Positions 1-9,192 of a stretch of DNA of 64,000 nucleotides are shown here, piece after piece. The DNA comes from an uncultured Oribacterium sp. (GTDB taxonomy: Bacteria > Bacillota > Clostridia > Lachnospirales > Lachnospiraceae). The notes under the pieces are model-generated. The model saw only the letters and a program-made list of their open reading frames with translations, had not been told where the DNA came from and did not search any database. The position numbers and the translations under genes are program-made. The stretch is taken from positions 5,918 through 69,917 of the forward strand of contig CAAGKO010000009.1 of NCBI GenBank assembly GCA_900770445.1. Direction: 5' to 3'. Position 1 is the stretch's first letter; the number at the start of each line of letters is the position of its first letter.

Positions 1-511
1 CGTAGACCGTGCCGTGCTCGTCGAGCGTCACGCTGAGGCCGGCCTCCTCAGAGAAGCTCGTGCGGTGGTAGTTGATGCCGCAGAGGAAGACGTAGAGCAC
101 GAGCAGCGTGGACAGGATGAGGAAGAGGTGGCCGAGGAAGCGGAGCAGCGGGCGCGCGACGGCGGCGAGAAGATGCGTCTGGGCATCCTGCGATACGCGT
201 ACAGAATGCACGCAGGCTACGCCCACACGTACGGCACGGCACAGCTGCTTCACGAAGTCGAAGAGCACGAAAAGGATCGTCGCGTAGAGCAGCAGGTCCA
301 CCACGGAGAAGGGCAGCAGGCCCATCACGGAGCCGATGCCGAGACTCAGCACGCGATACACGTAGTGAGAGTAAGTATTGGCAAACGCAGAGGAGCGGAC
401 CGCCAGCTGATTCGCGGCGAGCGCAAGCAGATCGAGGAGCAGCACGAATAGATAGCTGCGCCACGTGCCCTTTTTCTGCGTATTTTTGTCCGGTGTGTCT
501 GTTCTCATCAT
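1..511 (-). CDS. Hypothetical polytopic membrane protein, 5'-partial in window (N-terminus MMRTDTPDKNTQKKGTWRSYLFVLLLDL...)
   Basis: Reverse-strand ORF runs off the window start. ATGATG start at 506-511 is preceded by a GGAGAACTCC ribosome-binding site. Translation is hydrophobic with multiple TM segments; a DUF3810-like family is a guess. Confidence 0.55.
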   Translation of the reverse strand, partial: MMRTDTPDKNTQKKGTWRSYLFVLLLDLLALAANQLAVRSSAFANTYSHYVYRVLSLGIGSVMGLLPFSVVDLLLYATILFVLFDFVKQLCRAVRVGVACVHSVRVSQDAQTHLLAAVARPLLRFLGHLFLILSTLLVLYVFLCGINYHRTSFSEEAGLSVTLDEHGTVY

Positions 512-585
512 GGAGTTCTCCTTACTGTTTAGATGATTATACTATTTCGGTCGATTAAAAAAATATCATATAGAAATTTCCAGGT

Positions 586-970
586 TTAAACGTTACTGTT
601 CAAATGCAGCTTAGTCAAGGCGTGGCTCGGCGGACAGCAGACTAGACACGCAACGCACTATTTTAAAATCGTGTATATGAATTTTCCTGTAGAAATCGAA
701 AATCTCTATGTGAAATAGACACGGATGGCTTCATCCTGAAATCGTGTATATATTTTTTGAGTTTGACGAATGAAATCAGAGTCTAATTTAGATTTTTATA
801 GACACGATTTCCGAATCAGCCTTTCAATGTATATTTTTTCGTCTGATCTCACCCCAGAAGCTTTAAAAACATATACACGATTTTGAAATCGGTCTTTCAG
901 TGTATATTTTTCGTCTGAACTCGCCGCTGAGCCACGCCTTGAGATCAACGTTTGAACAGTAACGTTTAAA
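586..970. repeat. MITE-like element with ~45-bp terminal inverted repeats (GTTTAAACGTTACTGTTCAAA...GGCGTGGCTCGGCGG) enclosing internal AAATCGTGTATATA/TATAGACACGATTT hairpin sub-repeats
   Basis: 586-650 is the reverse complement of 925-970. Internal inverted 13-mers lie at 668, 739, 799 and 869. Related TIR-like pieces occur at 2695-2740 and 30223-30290. Confidence 0.6.
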
Positions 971-1082
971 CATCTGTCAGATTATTTTAAAAAAATTGAC
1001 CATTCACATGAAAAAACGAATTCGGTATAATCAGAAAGTTGAGTAAAAATCAGTTTTCTTATAGTCGAGGGGACAATACATT

Positions 1083-2618
1083 ATGATAAAGAAGAAATCC
1101 GTCGTCGCGGCTGCGGCGGCGATGTCAAATAGGAGATCCGTCGTCGCGGCGGCGATGGCGATGACAATGATGGCGAGCCTCAGCACGACGGCGTATGCCG
1201 GGACGATCGCGTCGGGCGTGACGCCGATCGTGGCGAGTGCAGAGACCAGTGGCGCAAACTACAGTGCGGGGGCGACCGGCACGAGTGGCAGCGAAAGCAG
1301 CACGGGGATCGTCGAAGCAACGGGTGCACTGGAGGGCACGACGGCCAGCGCCGGCAGCACGAATCAGAGCGGTACGACGGCTGGCAGCACCACTGCGCCG
1401 ACGGGGGCAGCGACCTCTGAAACCCTGGCGTCGGTCGCTGCATCCACGATGCAGGCGATCACGTCGGCGAGTGGGACAAGCTCGAACCAGGCGCTGGTGA
1501 GCAACAGTGCCAGCACACCGGCTGACAGTATAGGGAGTACGAGCTTCGGACCGACGGTCCCTGGCGCGGCGGGCAGCAGCACGGGCAGCACAAACATGAA
1601 TAATCTGTTCGGCAGCGGCACATCGACCAGTGGCAGTTCCGCCGTCCTGAACGCACTCAGTACCGTACCGCTCCCGGCCGGCTACTACTGCAGCAATGTC
1701 GGTACCTATACCTACCAGGAGATGCAGGTCGACCTCAATATCCTGAAGACGACTTATCCGCAGATGCAGATGGACGTTCTTGGGAACACGATCGACGGAC
1801 GCCAGCTCTACCACGTGGTGGTCGGAAATCCGTCCGCCCCACATAAGATCCTCGTGCACGGCGGCATTCACGCACGTGAGTACATCAGCTCCCAGCTCGT
1901 GATGCGGGAGATCGTGGCGTTGCTTGAGATGCAGAAGAACAACTTGCTCTACCATGGACAGTCCGTCGCGACGCTGCTCCAGAACACCTGCATTCACTTC
2001 GTACCGATGGTGAATCCGGACGGCATCACCCTCGTACAGGGTGGCATCGACGCGCTCAACACGCAGGCGGCGAAGACGATGGTCATGAGCATGGCCGCGC
2101 AGGATCAGGTGACAGACCTCGCCACCTACCTCCGCAAGTGGAAGAACAACATCAACGGTGTCAACCTGAACCGTAACTTCGACGCGTTCTGGCAGGAGGC
2201 GACCCCGAAGGTCGATCACCCGTCGAACATGTTCTATAAGGGCACGAGGCCGGAGAGTGAGGTCGAGTCAAAGGCGCTCGCAAACCTCTGCCGACAGCTC
2301 AGGCCGGACTACACGATCAGCTACCACACACAGGGCCGCGTGATCTACTGGTATTTCGGCGAGACCGGAAACTATAAGGCGAAGGGGCAGTATCTGGCCA
2401 ATGTCGTCCATCAGAACACAGGGTATACCATCTCGGATACCTGGTCACAGACGGACGCCGCGGGCTTCAAGGACTGGGCCGTGCAGAAGCTGGATATCCC
2501 ATCCGTGACGATCGAGCTCGGCCGTGGCACCTCGCCGGTGGACGAGTCGCAGATCACCCAGATGTGGACCGAGAACGACGGCATCCTGCCGGATCTCCTC
2601 GTCGGCATCGGCGCATGA
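1083..2618 (+). CDS. Secreted M14-family zinc carboxypeptidase (gamma-D-glutamyl-diamino acid peptidase-like) with an S/T/G/A-rich low-complexity linker
   Basis: Signal-peptide-like N-terminus, then ~170 aa of low complexity. The C-terminal domain carries HGGIHAREYIS (HxxE zinc ligands), NPDG, NLNRNF and YHTQG motifs typical of M14 peptidases. RBS GAGGGGA. Confidence 0.75.
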   Translation: MIKKKSVVAAAAAMSNRRSVVAAAMAMTMMASLSTTAYAGTIASGVTPIVASAETSGANYSAGATGTSGSESSTGIVEATGALEGTTASAGSTNQSGTTAGSTTAPTGAATSETLASVAASTMQAITSASGTSSNQALVSNSASTPADSIGSTSFGPTVPGAAGSSTGSTNMNNLFGSGTSTSGSSAVLNALSTVPLPAGYYCSNVGTYTYQEMQVDLNILKTTYPQMQMDVLGNTIDGRQLYHVVVGNPSAPHKILVHGGIHAREYISSQLVMREIVALLEMQKNNLLYHGQSVATLLQNTCIHFVPMVNPDGITLVQGGIDALNTQAAKTMVMSMAAQDQVTDLATYLRKWKNNINGVNLNRNFDAFWQEATPKVDHPSNMFYKGTRPESEVESKALANLCRQLRPDYTISYHTQGRVIYWYFGETGNYKAKGQYLANVVHQNTGYTISDTWSQTDAAGFKDWAVQKLDIPSVTIELGRGTSPVDESQITQMWTENDGILPDLLVGIGA

Positions 2619-2639
2619 TCGTTAGAATATAATCTAAAA

Positions 2640-2672
2640 CAGGAGGGCGGACGCTACAAGCGTTCGCCCTCC
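2640..2672 (+). terminator. Hairpin AGGAGGGCGGACGCTACAAGCGTTCGCCCTCC downstream of the carboxypeptidase (no clear T-run)
   Basis: Perfect GC-rich inverted repeat immediately 3' of the stop codon. Confidence 0.4.
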
Positions 2673-2694
2673 GTGCGTTCTATCTATATATAGT

Positions 2695-2940
2695 TAAGTC
2701 AAGCCGCAGCTCGGCGGGCAGCAACCGGAAGCCATACGAAGAGATCGTGAATAAATCCAAATCGGGCCCTTAGAACCAGTTGGAGTACTTTTTCCTTAGC
2801 ACTCTCTGCAACACTGAGTTTTCATAAAGAAAACTCAGTCGTTTGCAGAGAGCCTACTGGTTCTTCAGGCCCGATTTGTGATTTTTCCGATCTCGTAGTA
2901 CTGTGCTTCCGGCTGTTGTCTGCCGAACCACGACTAGACA
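2695..2940. repeat. MITE-like element with TIRs related to the 586-970 element and a ~125-bp internal perfect hairpin (2752-2880)
   Basis: 2700-2738 (AGTCAAGCCGCAGCTCGGCGGGCAGCAACCGGAAGCC) is inverted at 2903-2940. Internally AATCGGGCC...GAACCAG / CTGGTTC...GGCCCGATT and CTCTCTGCAACACTGAGTTTTC / GAAAACTCAGTCGTTTGCAGAGAG are nested palindromes. Confidence 0.55.
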
Positions 2941-2965
2941 GCAACCCTCTGTGCTTTCTGTAACT

Positions 2966-4273
2966 TTACCCCATCAGTCCTCTCTGGTCGCGGAGGACGG
3001 CGAGGATCGAGAGCGCGAGCATGATGCCGACGGTGAGGACGACGGTGACCATCGCGCCGGCGATGCCGACGTGATCCGCGAGGATGCCGATGATCTGTGG
3101 GACGAGGATGCCGCCGATGGCGCTGATGCCGGTGAGGAGCGAGAGACCAATGGTGGAGCCTTCGATGATCGGGCCGGCGGCCGCGACGGTGGTCGGGTAG
3201 ATGGCACTCATGCCGAGACCGAGCACGGCGATGATGATGGCCGCCATTGTCGCGGTGTGGGTGTTCACGAGGAGCACGATCGCGATGAAATCGATGAGGG
3301 CGCTCACGAGGATGATCCAGAGCTTATCGACCTTCTGGAGAAACTGGGCGGTGCCCATGCGGCCGGCCATCATCATGATCCAGGTGACGGAGACCATCGC
3401 GGTGGCGAGCGCACTCGTCATGACGCCGGTGTCCTTCAGGTAGGTGACGAACCAGCCGTTCACGGTATTCTCGAAGCCGACGTACATGAACATGATGAAG
3501 GTGATGATCAGGAAGCTGCGGTTCGTGAGCAGCGCCTGAAGATTCGGCGCGCCGGCAGGCTGTCCCTGCTCAATGCATCCGGCGTCACTGCCGTCACCAC
3601 CCTGCGCTGCATCGGCAGCCGGGCTCGGCATGGTGCCTTCCGGTTTCGCTGCGCTGCAGCCATCTGCGTGGTGGTCGCCTGCATTGGCCGCAGCAGGCTG
3701 CGGCGCCGCGAGCATCCGGTAGTCCATGGTCCAGTAGTTCAGCGGGAAGATCGCGCCGGAGACGCAGAGGATGTACATGATGATGCGCCACGGGAAGCCG
3801 AGGGCGAGGAGCGCGGCCATGATGAAGGGACTCGCGAAGGCTCCGACGGCGAATGTGGTGTGCAGGATGTTCAGGTACTTCGTCGAGCTGTTCGTCGCGA
3901 CATTCATCGCGAGGTTATTGATGATCGTGACGGTGCCCTTCGTGATGCCGAGGAAGAACACCAGCACGTACATGAAGTAGACCGGCGGATGGATCGTCAG
4001 CAGGAACATGAGGATCGGCGAGAGGCCGGTGATGGCGACCACGACCGCACGATGAGAGAAGTGGCGCTTCGCGAGCGGATAGATGATGGAGGCGCAGAAA
4101 TTGCCGATCGCGAGGATGCTGATCAGGCCGCCCGCGACCGCGTAGTTCAGCTGCTCCTCCTCGATGAGATGCGGCAGGATCGCACCGAAAATCGTGATGA
4201 CCGCACCGCTCAGGATGTAACCGAGGTAGAGGTGGTTCAGTACCCGCCACTTGAGTTCCTTCGTAATTTCCAT
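2966..4273 (-). CDS. MFS transporter (12 TM) with a ~60-aa hydrophilic central loop
   Basis: 435-aa ORF with two six-helix hydrophobic halves, typical of the major facilitator superfamily. Confidence 0.7.
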   Translation of the reverse strand: MEITKELKWRVLNHLYLGYILSGAVITIFGAILPHLIEEEQLNYAVAGGLISILAIGNFCASIIYPLAKRHFSHRAVVVAITGLSPILMFLLTIHPPVYFMYVLVFFLGITKGTVTIINNLAMNVATNSSTKYLNILHTTFAVGAFASPFIMAALLALGFPWRIIMYILCVSGAIFPLNYWTMDYRMLAAPQPAAANAGDHHADGCSAAKPEGTMPSPAADAAQGGDGSDAGCIEQGQPAGAPNLQALLTNRSFLIITFIMFMYVGFENTVNGWFVTYLKDTGVMTSALATAMVSVTWIMMMAGRMGTAQFLQKVDKLWIILVSALIDFIAIVLLVNTHTATMAAIIIAVLGLGMSAIYPTTVAAAGPIIEGSTIGLSLLTGISAIGGILVPQIIGILADHVGIAGAMVTVVLTVGIMLALSILAVLRDQRGLMG

Positions 4274-4444
4274 ATTTATAAACCTCTTTTCAATTCACAT
4301 TTAGAATCAGTTTAGCACACTTCCTGAAAAAAGCCGAACAGTTACCATGTGGTAACAGTCCGGCTCGCTTCCCGCATATCCCCTTGTATAACGGCGCCCC
4401 GATATGCTATAATTTTGGGTACTTCATTTTTAGGAGGCTATACT

Positions 4445-6151
4445 ATGTCTATGGAAACAAGAAACGAGAACGGCGTGCTGGAGGAGAAGGCTCCAGAGTC
4501 GAAGCATTTCATCGAGCGTGAGATCGAGAAGGATCTTGCCGAGGGCGTTTATGACCACGTACATACACGATTCCCACCGGAGCCGAACGGTTATCTGCAT
4601 ATCGGCCATGCGAAGTCGATCATTCTGAATTCCGGAATGGCGCAGGAGTACCATGGACAGTTTAACCTCCGCTTCGATGACACGAACCCGATGAAGGAGA
4701 AGACCGAATTCGTCGAGGCGATCGAGCGTGACGTCAAGTGGCTCGGTGCCGACTTCGAGGACCGCATCTTCTTCGCATCCGATTACTTCGATATCATGTA
4801 TGAGAAGGCCATCCTTCTGATTAAGAAGGGACTTGCCTTCGTCGATGATCTCACCGCAGAGCAGATCACCGCATACCGTGGCGACTTCACGAACCCTGGT
4901 AAGGAGTCTCCGAACCGTAACCGTCCGGTCGAAGAGAACCTTCAGCTCTTCCAGGACATGAAGGACGGCAAGTACGCAGACGGTACCCTGACCCTTCGTG
5001 CGAAGATCGACATGGCATCCCCGAACCTGAACATGCGTGACCCGATCATCTACCGTGTAGCCCACATGCATCACCACAACACCGGTGACAAGTGGTGCAT
5101 CTACCCGATGTACGATTTCGCACACCCGATCGAGGACGCTGTAGAGGGCATCACCCATTCCCTCTGCACACTGGAGTTCGAGGATCATCGCCCGCTCTAT
5201 GACTGGGTTGTTAAGAACTGTGATTTCCCGCACCCGCCTCGCCAGATCGAGTTCGCGAAGCTGTATCTGACCAATGTTGTCACCGGTAAGCGTTACATCA
5301 AGAAGCTGGTAGAGGATGGCGTCGTAGATGGCTGGGACGATCCACGTCTCGTCACCATCGCAGCTCTTCGCCGTCGTGGCTACACACCGGAGTCCCTTCG
5401 TCAGTTTGTCACCCTGAGCGGTATCTCGAAGGCGAACTCCAGCTGCGATATCAGTCTCCTCGAGTACTGTATCCGCGAGGACCTGAAGCTGAAGGATAAG
5501 CGTATGATGGCCGTCATTGATCCGATCAAGCTGGTGATCGACAACTATCCGGAGGGCCAGACCGAGATGCTTGAGGTGCCGAACAACCTCGAGAACGAGG
5601 CGCTCGGCAGCCGTCAGGTTCCGTTCTCCCGCGAGCTTTACATCGAGCGCGACGACTTCATGATCGATCCGCCGAAGAAGTATAAGAGACTCTATGTCGA
5701 CAACGAGGTCCGCCTCATGTCCGCATATTTCGTAAAGGCGACCTCCTACGAGACCGACGCCGATGGAAAGGTGACCGTCGTTCACTGTACCTACGATCCG
5801 GAAACCAAGTCCGGCTCCGGCTTCACGGGACGTAAGGTGAAGGGCACGATCCACTGGGTCAATGCTCCGACCGCGGGTCAGGTGACTGTCCGTCTGTATG
5901 AGCAGCTGATCGACGAAGAGAAGGGCAAGCTGAACGACGACGGCACCCTGAACTTCAACCCGAACTCCCTCACCGTCGTAGAGAACTGCATGGTTGAGCC
6001 GGAGCTCATGGACGTGAAGGCATACGACAGCTTCCAGTTCGTACGAAACGGCTTCTTCTGCGTCGACAGCAAGGACTCCACCGAAGGCCACCCGGTCTAC
6101 AACCGTATCGTCGGCCTGAAGTCCAGCTTCAAGCTCCCGACACAGGCCTGA
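4445..6151 (+). CDS. glnS: Glutaminyl-tRNA synthetase
   Basis: [17 protein letters not shown] class-I HIGH motif and a GlnRS-like body. AGGAGG lies 8 nt upstream of the ATG at 4445. The ORF-track start at 4349 is an in-frame upstream extension. Confidence 0.9.
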   Translation: MSMETRNENGVLEEKAPESKHFIEREIEKDLAEGVYDHVHTRFPPEPNGYLHIGHAKSIILNSGMAQEYHGQFNLRFDDTNPMKEKTEFVEAIERDVKWLGADFEDRIFFASDYFDIMYEKAILLIKKGLAFVDDLTAEQITAYRGDFTNPGKESPNRNRPVEENLQLFQDMKDGKYADGTLTLRAKIDMASPNLNMRDPIIYRVAHMHHHNTGDKWCIYPMYDFAHPIEDAVEGITHSLCTLEFEDHRPLYDWVVKNCDFPHPPRQIEFAKLYLTNVVTGKRYIKKLVEDGVVDGWDDPRLVTIAALRRRGYTPESLRQFVTLSGISKANSSCDISLLEYCIREDLKLKDKRMMAVIDPIKLVIDNYPEGQTEMLEVPNNLENEALGSRQVPFSRELYIERDDFMIDPPKKYKRLYVDNEVRLMSAYFVKATSYETDADGKVTVVHCTYDPETKSGSGFTGRKVKGTIHWVNAPTAGQVTVRLYEQLIDEEKGKLNDDGTLNFNPNSLTVVENCMVEPELMDVKAYDSFQFVRNGFFCVDSKDSTEGHPVYNRIVGLKSSFKLPTQA

Positions 6152-6381
6152 GTTTATGGGGTCAGACCCCCTTACGAAATTCGAACATCTGTAGCTACGA
6201 TGCAGGTATATATATCAGCAAAATCGTGGTATGATAGCAGTATCGAATTTGTAAATTCTGAGCGATACAAATGAAAAATGGACTGGTGGTGCCTGACAGT
6301 AGTATCGATTTGTAAATTCAGATACGGAAGACACTGCAATGAAGAAACGGGCCGGAAGCGACCCGAATGGAGGATATCGTT

Positions 6382-7101
6382 ATGGGCAAGAAAAAAGGTT
6401 TAGGTGGTCTCGTCGGATTCGCTGCACTGGTCGGCGGTGTTGCCGCCGCTGTATCCTATCTCTATAAGTATGAGAAGTTTTCTGAGGAGGTCGATCAGGA
6501 CTTCACGGATGTACTTGAGTCCGCTTCTGAAGTGAAGGATTCCGCGAAGCGATCCTACACGACCCTGAAGAACAGCCAGACGAAGGAAGACTTCAAGACC
6601 GCAGCGAAGGATATCGGTGTAGCCGCAAAGAACCTCGCGGTCGATGCGAAGAACCTCGCCGTCGACGCCGGCAAGGACGCATACAAGACCGTAAAGGAAG
6701 CCCTCGATGAGAAGCTGTCCGGCGCGGCAGAAGAAGATGATGATGTCGTCGACGAGAACGTCGAGCACATCTCCTATCCATATGTAGATGATGAGGACGC
6801 AGAGGCGGATACCGAGGACGCAAAGTCGGATACCGAAGAGGTGAAGGACGAGGCTGCGGAAAAGGCGGAGGATACCGACATCGAGCCGGAGGATGACAGC
6901 GACGTCGAGGTAGAGTTCTTCACGACGGATGCGGATGACGCGAAGACAGATGCGTCTGAGAAGGATACCGAGCCTGCGGCAGAGGCACCTGCGAAGGACG
7001 AGACTGCAGCAGACGCTACGAAGGCCGCTGTAGATGCGGCTACGGAAGTGAAGCAGGAAGCGGAGGAAGCAGAAGCCACTGCAACCATCACCGAAGAGTA
7101 A
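6382..7101 (+). CDS. Hypothetical membrane-anchored, highly acidic low-complexity protein
   Basis: N-terminal TM (GLGGLVGFAALVGGVAAAVSYL) followed by a D/E/A/K-rich tail. GGAGG RBS before the ATG at 6382; an alternative start is 6367. Confidence 0.55.
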   Translation: MGKKKGLGGLVGFAALVGGVAAAVSYLYKYEKFSEEVDQDFTDVLESASEVKDSAKRSYTTLKNSQTKEDFKTAAKDIGVAAKNLAVDAKNLAVDAGKDAYKTVKEALDEKLSGAAEEDDDVVDENVEHISYPYVDDEDAEADTEDAKSDTEEVKDEAAEKAEDTDIEPEDDSDVEVEFFTTDADDAKTDASEKDTEPAAEAPAKDETAADATKAAVDAATEVKQEAEEAEATATITEE

Positions 7102-7117
7102 GTTTAGAAAATCGTAT

Positions 7118-7152
7118 AGCGCGAAGGAAACCGTTCCTTCGCGCTATTTTTT
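7118..7152 (+). terminator. Rho-independent terminator (AGCGCGAAGGAAACCGTTCCTTCGCGCT + T6)
   Basis: Perfect stem followed by TATTTTTTAA. Confidence 0.8.
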
Positions 7153-7183
7153 AAATGTTAATAAGTTAAAGAGAGAAAGCCGT

Positions 7184-8835
7184 ATGAGTTATACAGTTCG
7201 CGACTTACTTATATCAGATAGATTCCCAGGAATGCAGTTGCTTTGCGAAGGCGGTGGACTTGATCGAGAAATCATGGGAATCCGTATCCTTCATAGACCG
7301 GATATGGCACGATTTATGCGGGGGGGGGGGAAGTACTCCTTACGAGTCTGCAGGCCTATGAAAATGCCGAAGAAAAAGAAGTCAGGCAGCATTTACAGGA
7401 GATTTGCGATAAGAAGGTTTGTGCTTTTATAGTAAAACGAAATACGAAAACGAAGCAGCAGAGATACCTGAAGATTTTGCTGCAGATTGCGGAGGCACAG
7501 CGGATTCCGGTCATCGAAATTCCGGAGGACATCTACTTCAGCGAGATCATAAAGTATGTGTTGATGCAGATTTTTGATCGTGAAACCGCGAAGCTGATCT
7601 TCTTTAAAATGGTCCATGATTATATGAGCTATATCGCCCCGCATGGAGACGATATCAGATCCACGATCCAATGCATGATTCAGCAGATGAAAATCGTCCT
7701 CGGAAATCCGGTGGCACTTTATGATACTGAATTTAATTGCCGGGTATCCAGCGAAGAGCAGAGCGTACCGTTTGCGCTCGCGGAAGATCGCACGGAGTTT
7801 GTAACGGATGTGGTGACACAGTATACCTTCTATCGTCAGAAGAGAGATTGTGTCGAGTTTATCAAAAAAATCGACATTTCGGGACGCTGGGAAGTATACC
7901 TCGTGATATCCGAGAGCGAAAATCCGATGAATGAGCTCGACTTCATCGCACTGGAGAATATGGTCGTCAGTCTTAAATATACGATCGCGTGTGCAGTAAT
8001 TGAGGTGGACACCAAAAAGAAATATCACGGAGACGTAATCTACCGTCTTCTGAAAGGCGCGCTGTCAGCTGATGAAGAGGATGAAGCTGCAGAAATACTG
8101 CATCTTCAAGATGCCGACGAAATGCGTGTTGTTACCTTCCGCATGATGCCGACGAATCATACCAGCAGATTTGCGGAAGAAATCATAAACGAAACAAAGC
8201 TAGAGGAAGAGGCGATCGCGAAGCTTCTGCCGAAGGAGTATATTCTGGCCATTACAAATCAGGTCATCTATATCCATAAAAAGGATGAAAAGGAGAGTGA
8301 TCGGGATTTTCGCAGCCGAATCGAGGATGTTCAGTGCCGTGTGCAGCAGCGTCTGGTGCAGAGAAAACTTAAACTAGAGTGTCTGGTGGGGATAGGAAAG
8401 AGTGTTCGTGGATATCATCGCTTAAAAGAATCCTTTGAGGATTCGAAAACAGCGATTCGATACATCTCAATCATTCGGACGATTGTGGGTGATCAGAATA
8501 AATCCGTAGTCGACTGCTCGGAACTCGGCTTTTTCCGTATGTTTGTGGAAACGCAGGATCGGGCAAAGCTCGAGACGTTCATTCCGGAGTCATTAAATCA
8601 GCTTGAAGCGTATGATTGTAAGAAAAACACGGAACTGATCAAAACGCTTGAGTGCTACCTCAACAACAAGCAAAGCATCAAAATGACATCCGAGAAGCTG
8701 TTCGCGCATTATCGAACGATCAGCTATCGGCTTGAAAAAATTGTTGACCTCACCGGCATGGATTTCAGTAACCCGACGGAGATGCTTGCCGTACGGAACG
8801 GACTGATTATTTATCGTATTCTGGAAAATATGTGA
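7184..8835 (+). pseudogene. PucR/CdaR-family transcriptional regulator interrupted by a +1 frameshift inside a G11 homopolymer (7320-7330). Removing one G gives a continuous ~550-aa protein.
   Basis: ORF 7184-7432 ends ...ARFMRGGGKY. In the -1 frame the sequence continues GEVLLTSLQAYENAEEKEVRQHLQEICDKKVCAFIVKRN... and joins the 7477-8835 ORF. The C-terminus is a PucR HTH (KMTSEKLFAHYRTISYRLEKIVDLTG). Confidence 0.75.
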
Positions 8836-9192
8836 TATAAAAACACATCTGCGATATGTTTTTATGCAGCACGTGAGTTTTCAAAGAGAAAATACTTCGA
8901 TGTGATTTGCATCGTTACGAGAACCTTGTCATTTCAGAATGATAAGGTTCTTTTTTGTGCTTATAATTCGTTTTTAAATCTGTATAGACGCGATGTAAAC
9001 GAATGATATGGAACACATTTTACGCAAAGCACGCGTAAAATGTTCATATTTTGCACATTATATAAAAAATAAATATCACTATAATGACTGATACTGAAAA
9101 CACACAGATAAGTTTACCGGAGAGATGATGAAGAGAACATGTAAATCCATAACCCAATCCGGGTACGAGAATCATATGAAACAGGTGATAAA

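Noticed and set aside
7393-8028. 211-aa minus-strand ORF overlapping the PucR regulator
   Set aside because: Antisense to a well-supported regulator ORF; no RBS or domain signal.
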